The translations under genes were made by a program, and so were the position numbers. Below are positions 10,583 through 21,183 of a DNA stretch of 64,000 nt, piece by piece (the stretch's first letter is position 1; each line of letters begins with the position of its first letter). Under the pieces are notes generated by a model. The model was given only the letters and a program-made list of their open reading frames with translations. It was not told the origin of the DNA and searched no databases. The DNA lies in NCBI RefSeq assembly GCF_021246445.1, contig NZ_JAJQXW010000001.1:922068-986067 (forward strand). The letters run 5' to 3'. This DNA comes from Rhabdothermincola salaria. Its GTDB lineage: Bacteria; Actinomycetota; Acidimicrobiia; Acidimicrobiales; Acidimicrobilacustridaceae.

Positions 10583-11941
10583 ATGGAGCGACGGATCTTC
10601 GGTCTCGAGAACGAGTACGGGGTCACCTGCACGCTCCGCGGCCAGCGGCGCCTCAGCCCCGACGAGGTGGCGCGCTACCTGTTCCGCCGGGTCGTCTCCT
10701 GGGGCCGCTCCTCCAACGTGTTCCTGGCCAACGGGGCGAGGCTGTACCTCGACGTGGGCTCGCACCCCGAGTACGCCACGCCGGAGTGCGACTCGATCCA
10801 CGATCTGGTCGTGCACGACAAGGCGGGCGAGCGCATCCTCGAACAGCTCCTCACCAGCGCCGAGCAGCGCCTGGCCGAGGAGGGCATCAAGGGCGACATC
10901 TACCTGTTCAAGAACAACACCGACTCCGCCGGCAACTCCTATGGATGCCACGAGAACTACCTGACCTCCCGCCACGACGACTTCACCCACTACGCCGACG
11001 CGCTCATCCCGTTCCTGGTCAGCCGCCAGATCTACGCCGGCGCCGGCAAGGTGCTGCAGACGGCCCGCGGCGCCATGTTCTGCATCTCCCAGCGAGCCGA
11101 GCACATCTGGGAGGGCGTCTCGTCGGCCACCACCCGAAGCCGGCCGATCATCAACACCCGCGACGAGCCCCACGCCGACGCCGAGCGCTACCGACGCCTC
11201 CACGTGATCGTGGGCGACTCCAACATGAGCGAGTCGGCCACCTTCTTGAAGGTCGGAGCCACTGCCGTGCTGCTGCGCATGCTCGAGGAACCCAACGTCG
11301 TGCTGCGCGACATGACGCTCGAGAACCCCATCCGGGCCATCCGCGAGATCAGCCACGACATCACCTGCACCCGCAAGGTGCGCCTGGCCAACGGCCGGGA
11401 GGCCAGCGCGCTCGAGATCCAATCCGAGTACCTCGAGCGGGCCCTCAAGTACGCGGAGCGGCGCGATCTGTCACCGCTGGAGGTGCAGGCCCTCAACATG
11501 TGGGAGCACGCCCTCACCCAGATCGAGAAGGACCCTCTCGGCCTGGACCGAGAGGCCGACTGGGTCGTGAAGTACAAGCTGGTCGAGGCCTACCGGGCCA
11601 AGAACGACCTGGCGCTGAGCCACCCTCGGGTCTCGCTGCTCGACCTGCAGTACCACGACGTGAGCCGCAGCCGGGGCGTGTTCTACAAGCTCCAGGATCG
11701 CGGCCTGGTCGATCGCATGTGCACCGATGCCGAGATCGACGAGGCCGTCGACACCCCGCCGCAGACCACCCGGGCCCGGCTGCGCGGCGAGTTCATCCGA
11801 CGGGCCAAGGAGCGCAAGCGCGACTACACCGTCGACTGGGTGCACCTGAAGCTGAACGACCAAGCGCAGCGAACCGTCTTGTGCAAGGACCCCTTCAAGA
11901 GCCACGACGAGCGCGTCGAGAAGCTCATCGCCTCCCTCTGA
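10583..11941 (+). CDS. pafA: Pup-protein ligase PafA
   Basis: [41 protein letters not shown]. Confidence 0.97.
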   Translation: MERRIFGLENEYGVTCTLRGQRRLSPDEVARYLFRRVVSWGRSSNVFLANGARLYLDVGSHPEYATPECDSIHDLVVHDKAGERILEQLLTSAEQRLAEEGIKGDIYLFKNNTDSAGNSYGCHENYLTSRHDDFTHYADALIPFLVSRQIYAGAGKVLQTARGAMFCISQRAEHIWEGVSSATTRSRPIINTRDEPHADAERYRRLHVIVGDSNMSESATFLKVGATAVLLRMLEEPNVVLRDMTLENPIRAIREISHDITCTRKVRLANGREASALEIQSEYLERALKYAERRDLSPLEVQALNMWEHALTQIEKDPLGLDREADWVVKYKLVEAYRAKNDLALSHPRVSLLDLQYHDVSRSRGVFYKLQDRGLVDRMCTDAEIDEAVDTPPQTTRARLRGEFIRRAKERKRDYTVDWVHLKLNDQAQRTVLCKDPFKSHDERVEKLIASL

Positions 11942-11951
11942 GCTCACGACC

Positions 11952-12920
11952 ATGGCCACCAGCGACAAGCTCGAACGGATGATGAACCTGGCGGCGGCGC
12001 TGCTCGCCGCCGAGCGACCCGTCACCGCAGCCTGGATCGCCGAGCGGGTGGCCGGCTACCCCTCCGACAAGGTCGCGTTCCGCAAGGCGTTCGAGCGCGA
12101 CAAGGCCGAGCTGCGCGACCTCGGTGTCCCCATCACCGTCGAGGAGATCCCCGACTCGTACCCGCCCGACACCGGATACCGGATCGACCGGGCCGCGTAC
12201 GAGCTCCCCGACCCCGGGCTGGCCCCCGACGAGCTCGCCGCGCTGCGTCTGGCGCTGCAAGCAGTCCGCCTCGGCGACGACGATGCCGGCTCCGACGGCA
12301 CCGAGGCCCTCTGGAAGCTGGGTGGCGTCGTGCGCGACGACCACCACCCGCTCCCGCAGGCCACCGTGGCCTCGTTGCCCGCCGATCCGGCGCTGGTCCC
12401 GCTGTTCACCGCGGTCATGGAGCGGCGGACCGTCACCTTCACCTACGTCACCTCGCAGGGGGGGCAAGAGCGCGTCGTCGATCCCTGGCGCCTCGACAAC
12501 CGTCGAGGTCGGTGGTACCTCACCGGCCACGACCACCTCCGCGAGGGGGAGCGCAACTTCCGCCTCGACCGCATCGACGGCCCCGTCGAGCTCGGTGGCC
12601 CCGGAGCCTTCGAACGACCGGCCGCCCGGGTCGAGGGCGGACCCGGTCAGCCCTGGCTGTACGGCGACGGCGAGCCGGTCGTCGCCGAGCTCCTCGTCGA
12701 CGCCGACCGGGCCCGGTGGGCCCGCCAGCAGCTGGGCGACGACGTCGATGCCACCGACCACCCCGATGGGTCGGTGACCTTCCGGGTCCCGGTCACGTCG
12801 TGGCCGGCGTTCCGGGGCTTCGTCCTGAGCTTCCTCGACCGCGCCGAGCTGGTCGGCCCGGACGCGTTGCGCCGCGACCTGGTCGCCTGGGTGGGCGCGC
12901 TCGCCGGTGAGGCGTCGTGA
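11952..12920 (+). CDS. pafB: HTH-WYL-WCX regulator PafB
   Basis: FRKAFERDKAELRDLG HTH region, RWYL..R.FRLDRI WYL domain; follows pafA. Confidence 0.9.
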   Translation: MATSDKLERMMNLAAALLAAERPVTAAWIAERVAGYPSDKVAFRKAFERDKAELRDLGVPITVEEIPDSYPPDTGYRIDRAAYELPDPGLAPDELAALRLALQAVRLGDDDAGSDGTEALWKLGGVVRDDHHPLPQATVASLPADPALVPLFTAVMERRTVTFTYVTSQGGQERVVDPWRLDNRRGRWYLTGHDHLREGERNFRLDRIDGPVELGGPGAFERPAARVEGGPGQPWLYGDGEPVVAELLVDADRARWARQQLGDDVDATDHPDGSVTFRVPVTSWPAFRGFVLSFLDRAELVGPDALRRDLVAWVGALAGEAS

Positions 12921-13876
12921 CCGCCCGGACCCCCCGCCTCACCGCCACCGAACGCCTCCGACGCATGCTGGCGATCGTCCCCTGGGTGGCGGCCCAGGAC
13001 GACGGCGCCACCATCGACGAGATCTGTGCCCGCTTCGACCTCGACCGGGGCCAGCTGCAGGACTGCCTCGACACCGCGTTCATGGTGGGCCTGCACCCCT
13101 ACACGCCCGATGCCCTGATCGACGTCATCCTCGATGGCGACCGGGTCCGGCTGCGCCTCCCGGACTTCTTCACCCGCCCCCTCCGGCTCACCGCCGAGCA
13201 GGCGCTGGCCCTGCTGGCCGCCGGACGTTCCCTGCTCAACGTCCCCGGCGCCGACCGCGACGGGCCTCTGGCCCGAGGTCTCGAGAAGCTCTCGTCCACC
13301 ATGGGCGGCGACGCCGGCGCCCTCGTCGACGTCGAGCTGGGGGAGGGCGCCGGGTCGGTGCTGCCCCGGTTGCAGGTGGCCGTCGGCGAGCACCGCCGGC
13401 TGGCCCTCGACTACTACAGCTACGGGCGCGACGAGCTCACCCACCGCGAGGTCGACCCCTGGCGCGTGCACGCCGAGCAGGGACGCTGGTACCTCGAGGG
13501 CTGGTGCCACCTCAGCGACGACGTCCGTGTCTTCCGGGTGGACCGCATCGCCGAGGCGACGGTGCTCGAGGAGACCTTCGAGCCACCCCCCGACCCCCGT
13601 CCCGTCGAGGTGTTCCGACCCGGTCCCGACGATCCTCGCGTCACCCTCGACCTGGCCCCGGAGGCCCGTTGGGTGGCCGAGCAGTACCCGGTCGAGGAGA
13701 TCGAGGAGCTGGCATCCGGGGGCCTGCGCGTCACCCTGGCCGTCGTGGCCCGGCCGTGGCTCGAGCGCCTGTTGGTGCGCCTCGGGCCCGAGGCCACCGT
13801 GGTCGCCGCCCCGGAGGACCTCGGCGACGTCGCCGGCACCGCCGCCCGCCGGGTCCTCAGCCGGTACGGCGGGTAG
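12917..13876 (+). CDS. pafC: HTH-WYL-WCX regulator PafC
   Basis: RLRRMLAIVPWV, RPLRLTAEQA, WYLEGWCH..FRVDRI. Confidence 0.9.
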   Translation: MTARTPRLTATERLRRMLAIVPWVAAQDDGATIDEICARFDLDRGQLQDCLDTAFMVGLHPYTPDALIDVILDGDRVRLRLPDFFTRPLRLTAEQALALLAAGRSLLNVPGADRDGPLARGLEKLSSTMGGDAGALVDVELGEGAGSVLPRLQVAVGEHRRLALDYYSYGRDELTHREVDPWRVHAEQGRWYLEGWCHLSDDVRVFRVDRIAEATVLEETFEPPPDPRPVEVFRPGPDDPRVTLDLAPEARWVAEQYPVEEIEELASGGLRVTLAVVARPWLERLLVRLGPEATVVAAPEDLGDVAGTAARRVLSRYGG

Positions 13877-13935
13877 GCTCACCGAGCCGTGCTCTTGTTC
13901 GTCCCCCCTCTCGCCGACGTCTCCGTGGTCCCGCG

Positions 13936-14580
13936 GTGACCGTGTCGCCGCCACCCGAACACCCGGTCGCGGGGGGCCCGCTGCCGCCACCGGCCGAAGC
14001 CCCTCGGCGTGGGCTCGCCAAGCTCCTCGGCCCGGTCGGCGCCAACATCGCCGAGTGGCTCGTGGTCATCGTGGGCGCCGTCGTGCTGGCCCTCGTGATC
14101 AAGGCCTTCGTGCTGCAGGCCTTCTTCATCCCGTCGTTGTCGATGGCCTCGACCCTCGAAGAGGGCGATCGGGTGCTGGTCAACAAGCTGTCCTACACGT
14201 TCGGCGACGTCTCCCGAGGCGACATCGTGGTGTTCGAACGACCTCCCACCGAGACGGCGGGCGAGATCCCGGATCTCATCAAGCGGGTCGTCGGTCTCCC
14301 CGGCGAGTCCATCGTCATCAAGGACGACACCGTCTTCGTCGACGGCCAGGCCCTCGACGAGTCGTACCTCGACCCCGGGGTCGTCACCAGCACGGCCACC
14401 ACGCCGCTGAGCTGCAGCGACGCCGACCCCTGCCTCGTCCCGCCCGGCCACGTCTGGGTCATGGGCGACAACCGTCCGGACTCCAAGGACAGCCGGTTCT
14501 TCGGGCCCATCACCGAGTCCAGCATCGTGGGCGAGTCCTTCGTGAGGGTCTGGCCCCTCGGGCGCTTCTCCTTCTTCTGA
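13936..14580 (+). CDS. lepB: Signal peptidase I
   Basis: TM helix, FIPSLSMASTL (Ser), LIKRVVGLPG (Lys), MGDNRPDSKDSR. Confidence 0.93.
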   Translation: MTVSPPPEHPVAGGPLPPPAEAPRRGLAKLLGPVGANIAEWLVVIVGAVVLALVIKAFVLQAFFIPSLSMASTLEEGDRVLVNKLSYTFGDVSRGDIVVFERPPTETAGEIPDLIKRVVGLPGESIVIKDDTVFVDGQALDESYLDPGVVTSTATTPLSCSDADPCLVPPGHVWVMGDNRPDSKDSRFFGPITESSIVGESFVRVWPLGRFSFF

Positions 14581-14653
14581 TCCAGCCGTCGGCGGGCCGA
14601 TCGGCCGGCAGCGACCAGGTCCGGTCGTCCGGCGCCGGCTCGGCCAGGTCGGA

Positions 14654-15361
14654 TCAGGCGCGCGCGTGGATCCTCGCCATCATGCGGTCGACGTGGTCGG
14701 AGAACACGCCGTCGATGCCGGTGTCGAGCAGGTTGTCGATGGTGCGGTCGAACTGCACGTCCCATCCGAGGGCCAGCATCTCGAAGCGGTGCACGAGGGC
14801 CACGAGACCCCCGGTCCAGTCGCTGTGGTGCAGGTTGACGGCGTCGAGGCCGGCCGCCGCCGCCCGGGCCACATGACGCTCGGCGCCTCCCTCCATCCGC
14901 TTGAGACGGGTCGAGTCGACCAGCTTGACACTGGGGGAGAGGGCCCTCCAGGTAGCCGCCAGCTCCCAATCGGGATGGCACAGCCAGAGGCGCTCCTCGG
15001 CGCCCACGTCACGGGCGCTGGCCACCAGCTCGGCCGCGACCGCCTCGTCCTTGACGTCGACGGAGAGCTCGAAGTCGGTGCCGCAGTCGGCGTAGAGCTC
15101 GGCCAACGTGACCAGGTGCCCGGGGAGCTCGTCGCGGCGGTGGGCGGCGATGGGCCGGCGGCGCATCCGCCCGCCCACGACCCCGTCGTGGTCGAGCACG
15201 GCCTGGCCGTCGGCGCTCGACCAGGCGTCGGTCTCCAGGCCCGTGGCCCCCAGCCGCAGCGCCAGGCGGAACGCCTCGAGGGTGTTGTCGGCGGCGTGGG
15301 CCCGGGCGCCGCGATGGGCGAAGCCGATCGGAGGGCGTCGAACCGAGGCGAATCGAGGCAC
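14654..15361 (-). CDS. Glycerophosphodiester phosphodiesterase family protein
   Basis: FAHRGA..DNTLEAF..GLETD, VLDHD, IDGVFSD; start approximate. Confidence 0.88.
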   Translation of the reverse strand: MPRFASVRRPPIGFAHRGARAHAADNTLEAFRLALRLGATGLETDAWSSADGQAVLDHDGVVGGRMRRRPIAAHRRDELPGHLVTLAELYADCGTDFELSVDVKDEAVAAELVASARDVGAEERLWLCHPDWELAATWRALSPSVKLVDSTRLKRMEGGAERHVARAAAAGLDAVNLHHSDWTGGLVALVHRFEMLALGWDVQFDRTIDNLLDTGIDGVFSDHVDRMMARIHARA

Positions 15362-15415
15362 CCCGCGAGCATGCCCGGCGGCACCCTGCTCCAGCCATTC
15401 GGCCCACGCGTCGCG

Positions 15416-15444
15416 CTCAAGCGAGCGCTCCTCGTGGCCGAGAA
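15416..15444 (+). promoter_or_regulatory. Possible sigma-28 (FliA/WhiG)-type promoter
   Basis: TCAA-N16-GCCGAGAA compared with TAAA-N15/16-GCCGATAA; 46 nt upstream of the Zn-ribbon gene start. Confidence 0.35.
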
Positions 15445-15490
15445 CAACCATGGGTCCACAAGGGGCCGACACGACGAGGAGCACGACGAA

Positions 15491-15841
15491 ATGGCGACCA
15501 TCCGAGCGACCTGCCCCACCTGTGGCGACGTGGAGCTCAGCACGGCCGACGTGCAGGTACGGGTCAGCGCCACCGAGCGCCGCAGCAGCTACGCCTTCGT
15601 CTGCCCACGCTGCGAGACGACCGTCGTCAAGCCCGCCGAACCGCGCACGATCGACCTGCTCCTGGCCTCCGGCGTCGCCTACGAGCTGTCGATGCCGACG
15701 GTCGAGGTGGCCGACCACGAGGCCGGCGGGGCGCCCATCACCTCGGCGGAGCTCCAGGGCTTCCAGAGCCTGCTCGGCGACGACGACGAGCTGTGGGCGG
15801 CGTTCGATGCCGCCGAGAGCCAGGATCGTCGCCGCCGCTGA
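15491..15841 (+). CDS. Small Zn-ribbon hypothetical protein (116 aa)
   Basis: GAGGAG SD; CPTC..CPRC pairs; acidic helical C-terminus. Confidence 0.75.
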   Translation: MATIRATCPTCGDVELSTADVQVRVSATERRSSYAFVCPRCETTVVKPAEPRTIDLLLASGVAYELSMPTVEVADHEAGGAPITSAELQGFQSLLGDDDELWAAFDAAESQDRRRR

Positions 15842-15892
15842 TCGTCGGGCCCGAAGGGGCCCTCGGAGGCGACGGCGCTAGGATTTGTCGCT

Positions 15893-16225
15893 GTGTTCAA
15901 CGTCGGTGGTGGAGAGATCCTCGTCATCCTCCTCATCGCGCTCCTCTTCCTCGGCCCCGAACGGATGCCCGACGCCGCCAAGAAGCTGGGGCGCTTCCTC
16001 GGGGAGGCCCGTCGCATGACGGCCGGCTTCCAGGAGGAGGTCCGCAGCGCCATGGACCTGAGCGGCACCGATGACGCGGTGCAGCGTTCCGATGCCGGTC
16101 CCCGGCTCATCGGGCCACCCCCCGAGCCCACCGCCCCCCGCACACCGGAGGGTCCGGCCGACGACGGTGACGCGACCGAGGTCTCGCCCCCGGGCGACGG
16201 TCGCGACGACTCCAGTGCGGCCTGA
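15893..16225 (+). CDS. tatB: Twin-arginine translocase TatA/TatB subunit
   Basis: MFNVGGGEILVILLIALLFLGPERMP; the MFxxG..E..GPER pattern favours TatB. Confidence 0.8.
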   Translation: MFNVGGGEILVILLIALLFLGPERMPDAAKKLGRFLGEARRMTAGFQEEVRSAMDLSGTDDAVQRSDAGPRLIGPPPEPTAPRTPEGPADDGDATEVSPPGDGRDDSSAA

Positions 16226-16237
16226 CCCCCGGGGCCG

Positions 16238-17026
16238 GTGGTGAGCGCCAACCCCGACGCCGAGCCGCGCACGACCAGCGGCCACATGACGATCTGGGAG
16301 CACATCGCCGAGCTCCGCTCCCGCCTCATCAAGGTCATGATCGCCGTGGGACTGGGTGCGATCCTGGGGTGGATCCTGTTCCCCTGGGTGTTCGACATCC
16401 TGCAGACGCCGTTCCGCGACCTCGTCGAGAACCGGGGTGGCCGGATCGTGGCCAACGCCCCGCTCCAGGCCTTCAGCACCCGCCTCAAGGTCGCGGGCTA
16501 CCTCGGCATCGTGTTCGCCATGCCGGTCATCCTCTGGCAGCTCTGGCGCTTCGTCACGCCGGGCCTGTACCCCCACGAGAAGAAGTACGCAATCCCGTTC
16601 ACGGTGACGTCGCTGGTGCTCTTCGCGCTCGGGGCGTCGCTGGCCTACTACACCTTGAACCCGGCGCTCGAGTTCCTCATCGGGGTCGGCGGCGACGACA
16701 TCGAGCCGTACTACACCGTCGACAGCTACATCATGTTGATCGTCTGGATGATGATCGGCTTCGGCATCGGCTTCGAGGTCCCGGTGCTGCTCGTGGCCCT
16801 CCAGATGGTGGGCATCCTCACCCCCCGCAAGCTGCTGAGCTGGTGGCGCATCGCCATCGTGCTCAACGTCGTCGCCGCGGCGGTCATCACCCCCAGCGGC
16901 GATCCGATCACCATGATGGCGCTGGCGGTGCCGATGACCGTCCTCTACCTCATGAGCATCGGTGTGGGCGCGCTGTTCCTCCGGTTGCGGCGCCGAAAGG
17001 CCGAGCGAGCCGGCACCGCGGCGTGA
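16238..17026 (+). CDS. tatC: Twin-arginine translocase TatC
   Basis: EHIAELRSRL, WRFVTPGLY, FEVP, ITPSGDP. Confidence 0.95.
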   Translation: MVSANPDAEPRTTSGHMTIWEHIAELRSRLIKVMIAVGLGAILGWILFPWVFDILQTPFRDLVENRGGRIVANAPLQAFSTRLKVAGYLGIVFAMPVILWQLWRFVTPGLYPHEKKYAIPFTVTSLVLFALGASLAYYTLNPALEFLIGVGGDDIEPYYTVDSYIMLIVWMMIGFGIGFEVPVLLVALQMVGILTPRKLLSWWRIAIVLNVVAAAVITPSGDPITMMALAVPMTVLYLMSIGVGALFLRLRRRKAERAGTAA

Positions 17027-19287
17027 CCACCCCGACCGGGCGGGCCTTCTCGCTCGACCCCTTCCAGATCGAGGCCATCGCCGCCATCGACGACGGCCGA
17101 TCGGTGCTGGTCAGCGCCCCCACCGGTTCCGGCAAGACCGTCGTGGCCGAGCACGCCGTCGCCCGGACCCTCGCCGAGGGCGGGCGGGCCTTCTACACCA
17201 CCCCGATCAAGGCCCTGTCGAACCAGAAGTACCACGACCTGGTCCGCCGGCACGGCGTCGACCAGGTCGGTCTGCTCACCGGCGACACCTCGGTCAACGG
17301 TGACGCCCCGGTCGTGGTGATGACGACCGAGGTGCTGCGCAACATGATCTACAGCCGGTCGTCGGCGCTCGACGGCCTGGCCTGGGTCGTCCTCGACGAG
17401 GTCCACTACCTCCAGGACACCTATCGGGGCCCGGTGTGGGAGGAGGTCATCGTGCACCTCCCCGTCGGCGTCCGCCTGGTGTGCCTGTCGGCCACCGTCT
17501 CGAACGCGACGGAGCTGGCCCACTGGATCGAGACGGTCCGTGGTCCCACGCATGTGGTGGTGGAGGAGACCCGCCCGGTCACCCTCGACAACTGGTACCT
17601 GGTCGAGGACCGGCTCCACGGCACCCTCGACCGCCTCCCGACCCTCGTCGGGGGACGAGCCAACCCCGACGGGAGCCGCTACGACGCCGAGCCGTCCCGA
17701 CCCGATGCCCGTCGGGGCCGCGGACGGCCTCGCCGCCGGCATGCCACCCCCCGGCGAACCGACGTCGTCGGCCTGTTGGCCGACGACAGCCTCCTGCCCG
17801 CCATCTACTTCATCTTCTCCCGGGCCGCGTGCGACGACGCCGTCACCGCCTCCATGGCCGCCGGGCTGCGCTTCACCGACGATGCCGAACGGTCGCGGAT
17901 CCGCACCATCGTCGACCGCCACGTCGCCGGGCTCTCCGACGCCGACCTGGCCGTGCTCGACCACGACCAGTGGCGCCACGCCCTCGAATGCGGGGTGGCC
18001 GCCCACCACGCCGGCATGGTGCCTCCGTTCAAGGAGGCCGTGGAGGCCTGCTTCGTGGAGGGCCTGGTCAAGGTGGTGTTCGCCACCGAGACCCTCGCCC
18101 TCGGCATCAACATGCCGGCCCGCACGGTGGTCATCGAGAAGCTCACCAAGTTCACCGGCGAACGCCACGAGTTCCTCACGCCCGGGCAGTACACCCAGCT
18201 CACCGGAAGGGCGGGGCGACGCGGCATCGACGACCACGGCCACGCCGTCGTGCTCTGGTCGCCGTTCGTCACCTTCGGCGAGGTGGCGGGCCTGGCGGCC
18301 AGCCGCAGCTTCCGCCTCACCAGTGCCTTCCGCCCGACGTACAACATGGCCGCGAACCTCGTGCGTCGCTACGGCGCCGACGAGGCCCACCGGCTGCTCA
18401 ACCTCAGCTTCGCCCAGTACCAGGCCGACGCCGAGGTGGTGCGGGTGCAGCACCGGCTCCAGCGCCGCCGGGCCGACCTCGAGCGAGCGATCGAGAAGCT
18501 GCACGGGGGTGGGCTGAAGGGGGCCGCCCGCGACCGGGCCCACCGCCAGGTGGATCGCACCGAACGCGACGTCGCCCACCTCGAACACCAGGTCCGGGGT
18601 CGCACCGACACGCTGGTCGACCACTTCGACCGGGTCCTGCAGATGCTCGAGGCGTGGGGCCACCTCGACGGCTGGGCCCTGACCCGCCGCGGCGAGCAGC
18701 TGGTGCGCATCTACCACGAGACCGACCTGCTGGTCGCCGAGGCCCTCGAGGAAGGCCTCTTCGACGGCATCGACGCCCCCACCCTCGCCGGCCTCGCCTC
18801 CGGGTTCGTGTACGAGTCGCGCCAGTCCGGCCCCGATCTCGAGGCTTGGTTCCCCACCCGCGCCGTCGCCCACCGGGCCCACCAGCTCGACCAGCTCGCC
18901 GTCGAGATCGGTCGCGACGAGGCCCAGCTGGGCCTGCCCGTCACCCGCACCCCGGACTGGGGCTTCTTCGCCCTCGCCCACGCCTGGGCGGCGGGCGACG
19001 ACCTGGTCCACGTGCTCGGCGAGGACGAGCTGTCGGGGGGCGACTTCGTCCGCACCATCCGCCAGCTGCTCGACCTCCTACGCCAGTTGGGGGAGGCCGC
19101 CGCCGACCCCACGACCGCGGCGACGGCGCGGTCCGCCGCCGACCTCGTCCACCGCGGTGTGGTGGCCGCCTCGTCGGCGATCACCACCGGTGACGACACC
19201 GACGACGCCACGGGGGGAGGCGACGACGAGACCGCCGGCGCCCCCGACCGGGGGGTCGACGGGGTGGCCGAGGACACCGGCCGATGA
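17023..19287 (+). CDS. helY: Ski2-like DEAD/DEAH helicase HelY
   Basis: APTGSGKT, PIKALSNQK, DEVH, SAT, HHAG, QLTGRAGRRG, DSHCT-like GDFVR; follows tatC. Confidence 0.92.
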   Translation: MTTPTGRAFSLDPFQIEAIAAIDDGRSVLVSAPTGSGKTVVAEHAVARTLAEGGRAFYTTPIKALSNQKYHDLVRRHGVDQVGLLTGDTSVNGDAPVVVMTTEVLRNMIYSRSSALDGLAWVVLDEVHYLQDTYRGPVWEEVIVHLPVGVRLVCLSATVSNATELAHWIETVRGPTHVVVEETRPVTLDNWYLVEDRLHGTLDRLPTLVGGRANPDGSRYDAEPSRPDARRGRGRPRRRHATPRRTDVVGLLADDSLLPAIYFIFSRAACDDAVTASMAAGLRFTDDAERSRIRTIVDRHVAGLSDADLAVLDHDQWRHALECGVAAHHAGMVPPFKEAVEACFVEGLVKVVFATETLALGINMPARTVVIEKLTKFTGERHEFLTPGQYTQLTGRAGRRGIDDHGHAVVLWSPFVTFGEVAGLAASRSFRLTSAFRPTYNMAANLVRRYGADEAHRLLNLSFAQYQADAEVVRVQHRLQRRRADLERAIEKLHGGGLKGAARDRAHRQVDRTERDVAHLEHQVRGRTDTLVDHFDRVLQMLEAWGHLDGWALTRRGEQLVRIYHETDLLVAEALEEGLFDGIDAPTLAGLASGFVYESRQSGPDLEAWFPTRAVAHRAHQLDQLAVEIGRDEAQLGLPVTRTPDWGFFALAHAWAAGDDLVHVLGEDELSGGDFVRTIRQLLDLLRQLGEAAADPTTAATARSAADLVHRGVVAASSAITTGDDTDDATGGGDDETAGAPDRGVDGVAEDTGR

Positions 19288-19895
19288 CCATCCGCAAGGG
19301 CGAGGCGTGGGGCGCCCCTGGGGCTCTGCCGGCCGACGGGGTCCTGGTGCACAGCGACGCCCAGGCACGCGAGGTGGTGACGGAGGCGCGACGTCGCGGT
19401 GACCCGATCCCCACCCTGGGCCTGCTCGGCGGCGACCTCTGTCGCACCCTGGGCGGCAAGGGCGACGTCGAGCGCCTGCGATCGGCGGACGCCATGACCT
19501 TCCCCGTCGACCTCGGCGCCGCCCTGGTCGACGGCCACCTCCACTGGTTCGTGGCCCACCTCGTCGCTCGCCGCTCGTGGTGGTTCGGGCGGGTGATCGC
19601 CGTGATGAACGCCCAGTGGCACGGCCGCTGGGATCTCGGCCCCCGTTCCCACCCCGACGACGGACTGCTCGACATCACCGACGCCACCATGGCCCTCGGA
19701 GACCGGTGGAAGGCGTGGCGGAGGCTTCCCACGGGGACACACCTGCCGCACCCCTCGCTGCGAACGACGCGCACCGCGGCCGCCACCTTCGATCTCGAGC
19801 CCGCCCTCACGGTGCACCTCGACGGTCGAGCCGTCGGACGGGCCCGCACCCTGGCGGTGAGGATCGAGCCCGATGCCCTCACCGTCGTCGTGTGA
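19284..19895 (+). CDS. Short diacylglycerol kinase/YegS-like protein
   Basis: GGDLCRTLG, VDLG, PDDGLLD, VHLDG motifs; the N-terminal catalytic domain looks reduced. Confidence 0.6.
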   Translation: MTIRKGEAWGAPGALPADGVLVHSDAQAREVVTEARRRGDPIPTLGLLGGDLCRTLGGKGDVERLRSADAMTFPVDLGAALVDGHLHWFVAHLVARRSWWFGRVIAVMNAQWHGRWDLGPRSHPDDGLLDITDATMALGDRWKAWRRLPTGTHLPHPSLRTTRTAAATFDLEPALTVHLDGRAVGRARTLAVRIEPDALTVVV

Positions 19896-19959
19896 CCCGC
19901 CGCCCGGTCCGGACGGGCCGCCTGGGGCGTCGGTCAGAGCGGGAGGTAGCGTCAGGGCG

Positions 19960-21141
19960 ATGGACGTGCGTGAGCTGAAGGACCAGGTGTGCGCCGAGAT
20001 CGATCGGCGGGCCGGCCAGCTGATCGGGGTCTCCCACGACATCCACGCCCACCCCGAGGAGAACTTCGAGGAGCACCACGCCCACGACCTGCTGACCACG
20101 GTGCTCGAGGAGGCCGGCCTCGACACCACCCGTGCGGCCTACGGCCTCGAGACCGCCTTCGACGCCCGCCGCGGCGAGGGCGGGCCCACCGTGGCGGTGA
20201 TGCTCGAGTACGACGCCCTGCCCGGCCTGGGCCACGCCTGCGGGCACAACATCATCGCCGCCGCCGGCCTCGGCGCAGGGTTGGCCGCGGCCACGGTGGC
20301 CGAGCGCCTCGGCGGGTCCCTCCGGGTGCTCGGCACCCCGGCCGAGGAGGGAGGGGGCGGCAAGGTGCTGATGACGGCCGCCGGCGCCCTCGACGGCGTC
20401 GACGCCGCCTTGATGGTCCATCCCGCCGACCACGACCTGCGCCAGATGACCACCATCGCCATCCAGCGCCTGCGCGTGGCCTACGCCGGTGAGGCCGCAC
20501 ACGCCGCGGCCTTCCCGTGGAACGGCCGCAACGCCCTCGACGCAGCCGTGCTCGGCTACAACGCGGTCGCCGCGCTGCGCCAGCACATCCGGCCCGACGA
20601 GCGCATCCATGGCGTCTTCACCGACGGTGGCGACAAGCCCAACATCGTGCCGGCCCACGCCGCCATGCTCTGGTACGTGCGCTCGGGCACCCTGGAGCGC
20701 CTCCAACCGCTCAAGAGCAGGGTGCTCGACGCCCTGCGCAGCGGGGCCATGGCCACCGGTTGTGACGTCACCCACGAGTGGCTCGAGCCGGCGTACGCCG
20801 AGCTGCGCAGCAACACGCGTCTCGAGGACCTCTACGCCGCCAACTCCGCCCACCTGGGCCGACTGTTGCTCGACCCGGAGGAGGGCCTGCAGGTGTGCGG
20901 CAGCACCGACATGGGCAACGTCTCCCAGGAGGTGCCGAGCATCCACCCGATGATCGCCGTGGCCCCCGAGGGCGTGAGCATCCACACCCCCGAGTTCGCC
21001 CACTTCGCGGCGGGTCCCGAGGGCGATGCGGCCGTGCTCGACGGCGCCAAGGCCATGGCCATGACCATCGTCGACCTCTGGGCTCGTCCCGGGATCCTCA
21101 CCGAGGACGGCCCCGCAAGCCGTGACGATGGCCCCCGCTAG
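19960..21141 (+). CDS. M20 family amidohydrolase (PM20D2/AbgB-like)
   Basis: EYDALP..HACGHN, GTPAEEGGGGK, HP, GSTDMGNVS. Confidence 0.9.
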   Translation: MDVRELKDQVCAEIDRRAGQLIGVSHDIHAHPEENFEEHHAHDLLTTVLEEAGLDTTRAAYGLETAFDARRGEGGPTVAVMLEYDALPGLGHACGHNIIAAAGLGAGLAAATVAERLGGSLRVLGTPAEEGGGGKVLMTAAGALDGVDAALMVHPADHDLRQMTTIAIQRLRVAYAGEAAHAAAFPWNGRNALDAAVLGYNAVAALRQHIRPDERIHGVFTDGGDKPNIVPAHAAMLWYVRSGTLERLQPLKSRVLDALRSGAMATGCDVTHEWLEPAYAELRSNTRLEDLYAANSAHLGRLLLDPEEGLQVCGSTDMGNVSQEVPSIHPMIAVAPEGVSIHTPEFAHFAAGPEGDAAVLDGAKAMAMTIVDLWARPGILTEDGPASRDDGPR

Positions 21142-21183
21142 GGTCCGCGGCCAGACCTCGGGCACGCCGTACGCTCGCCGCCC

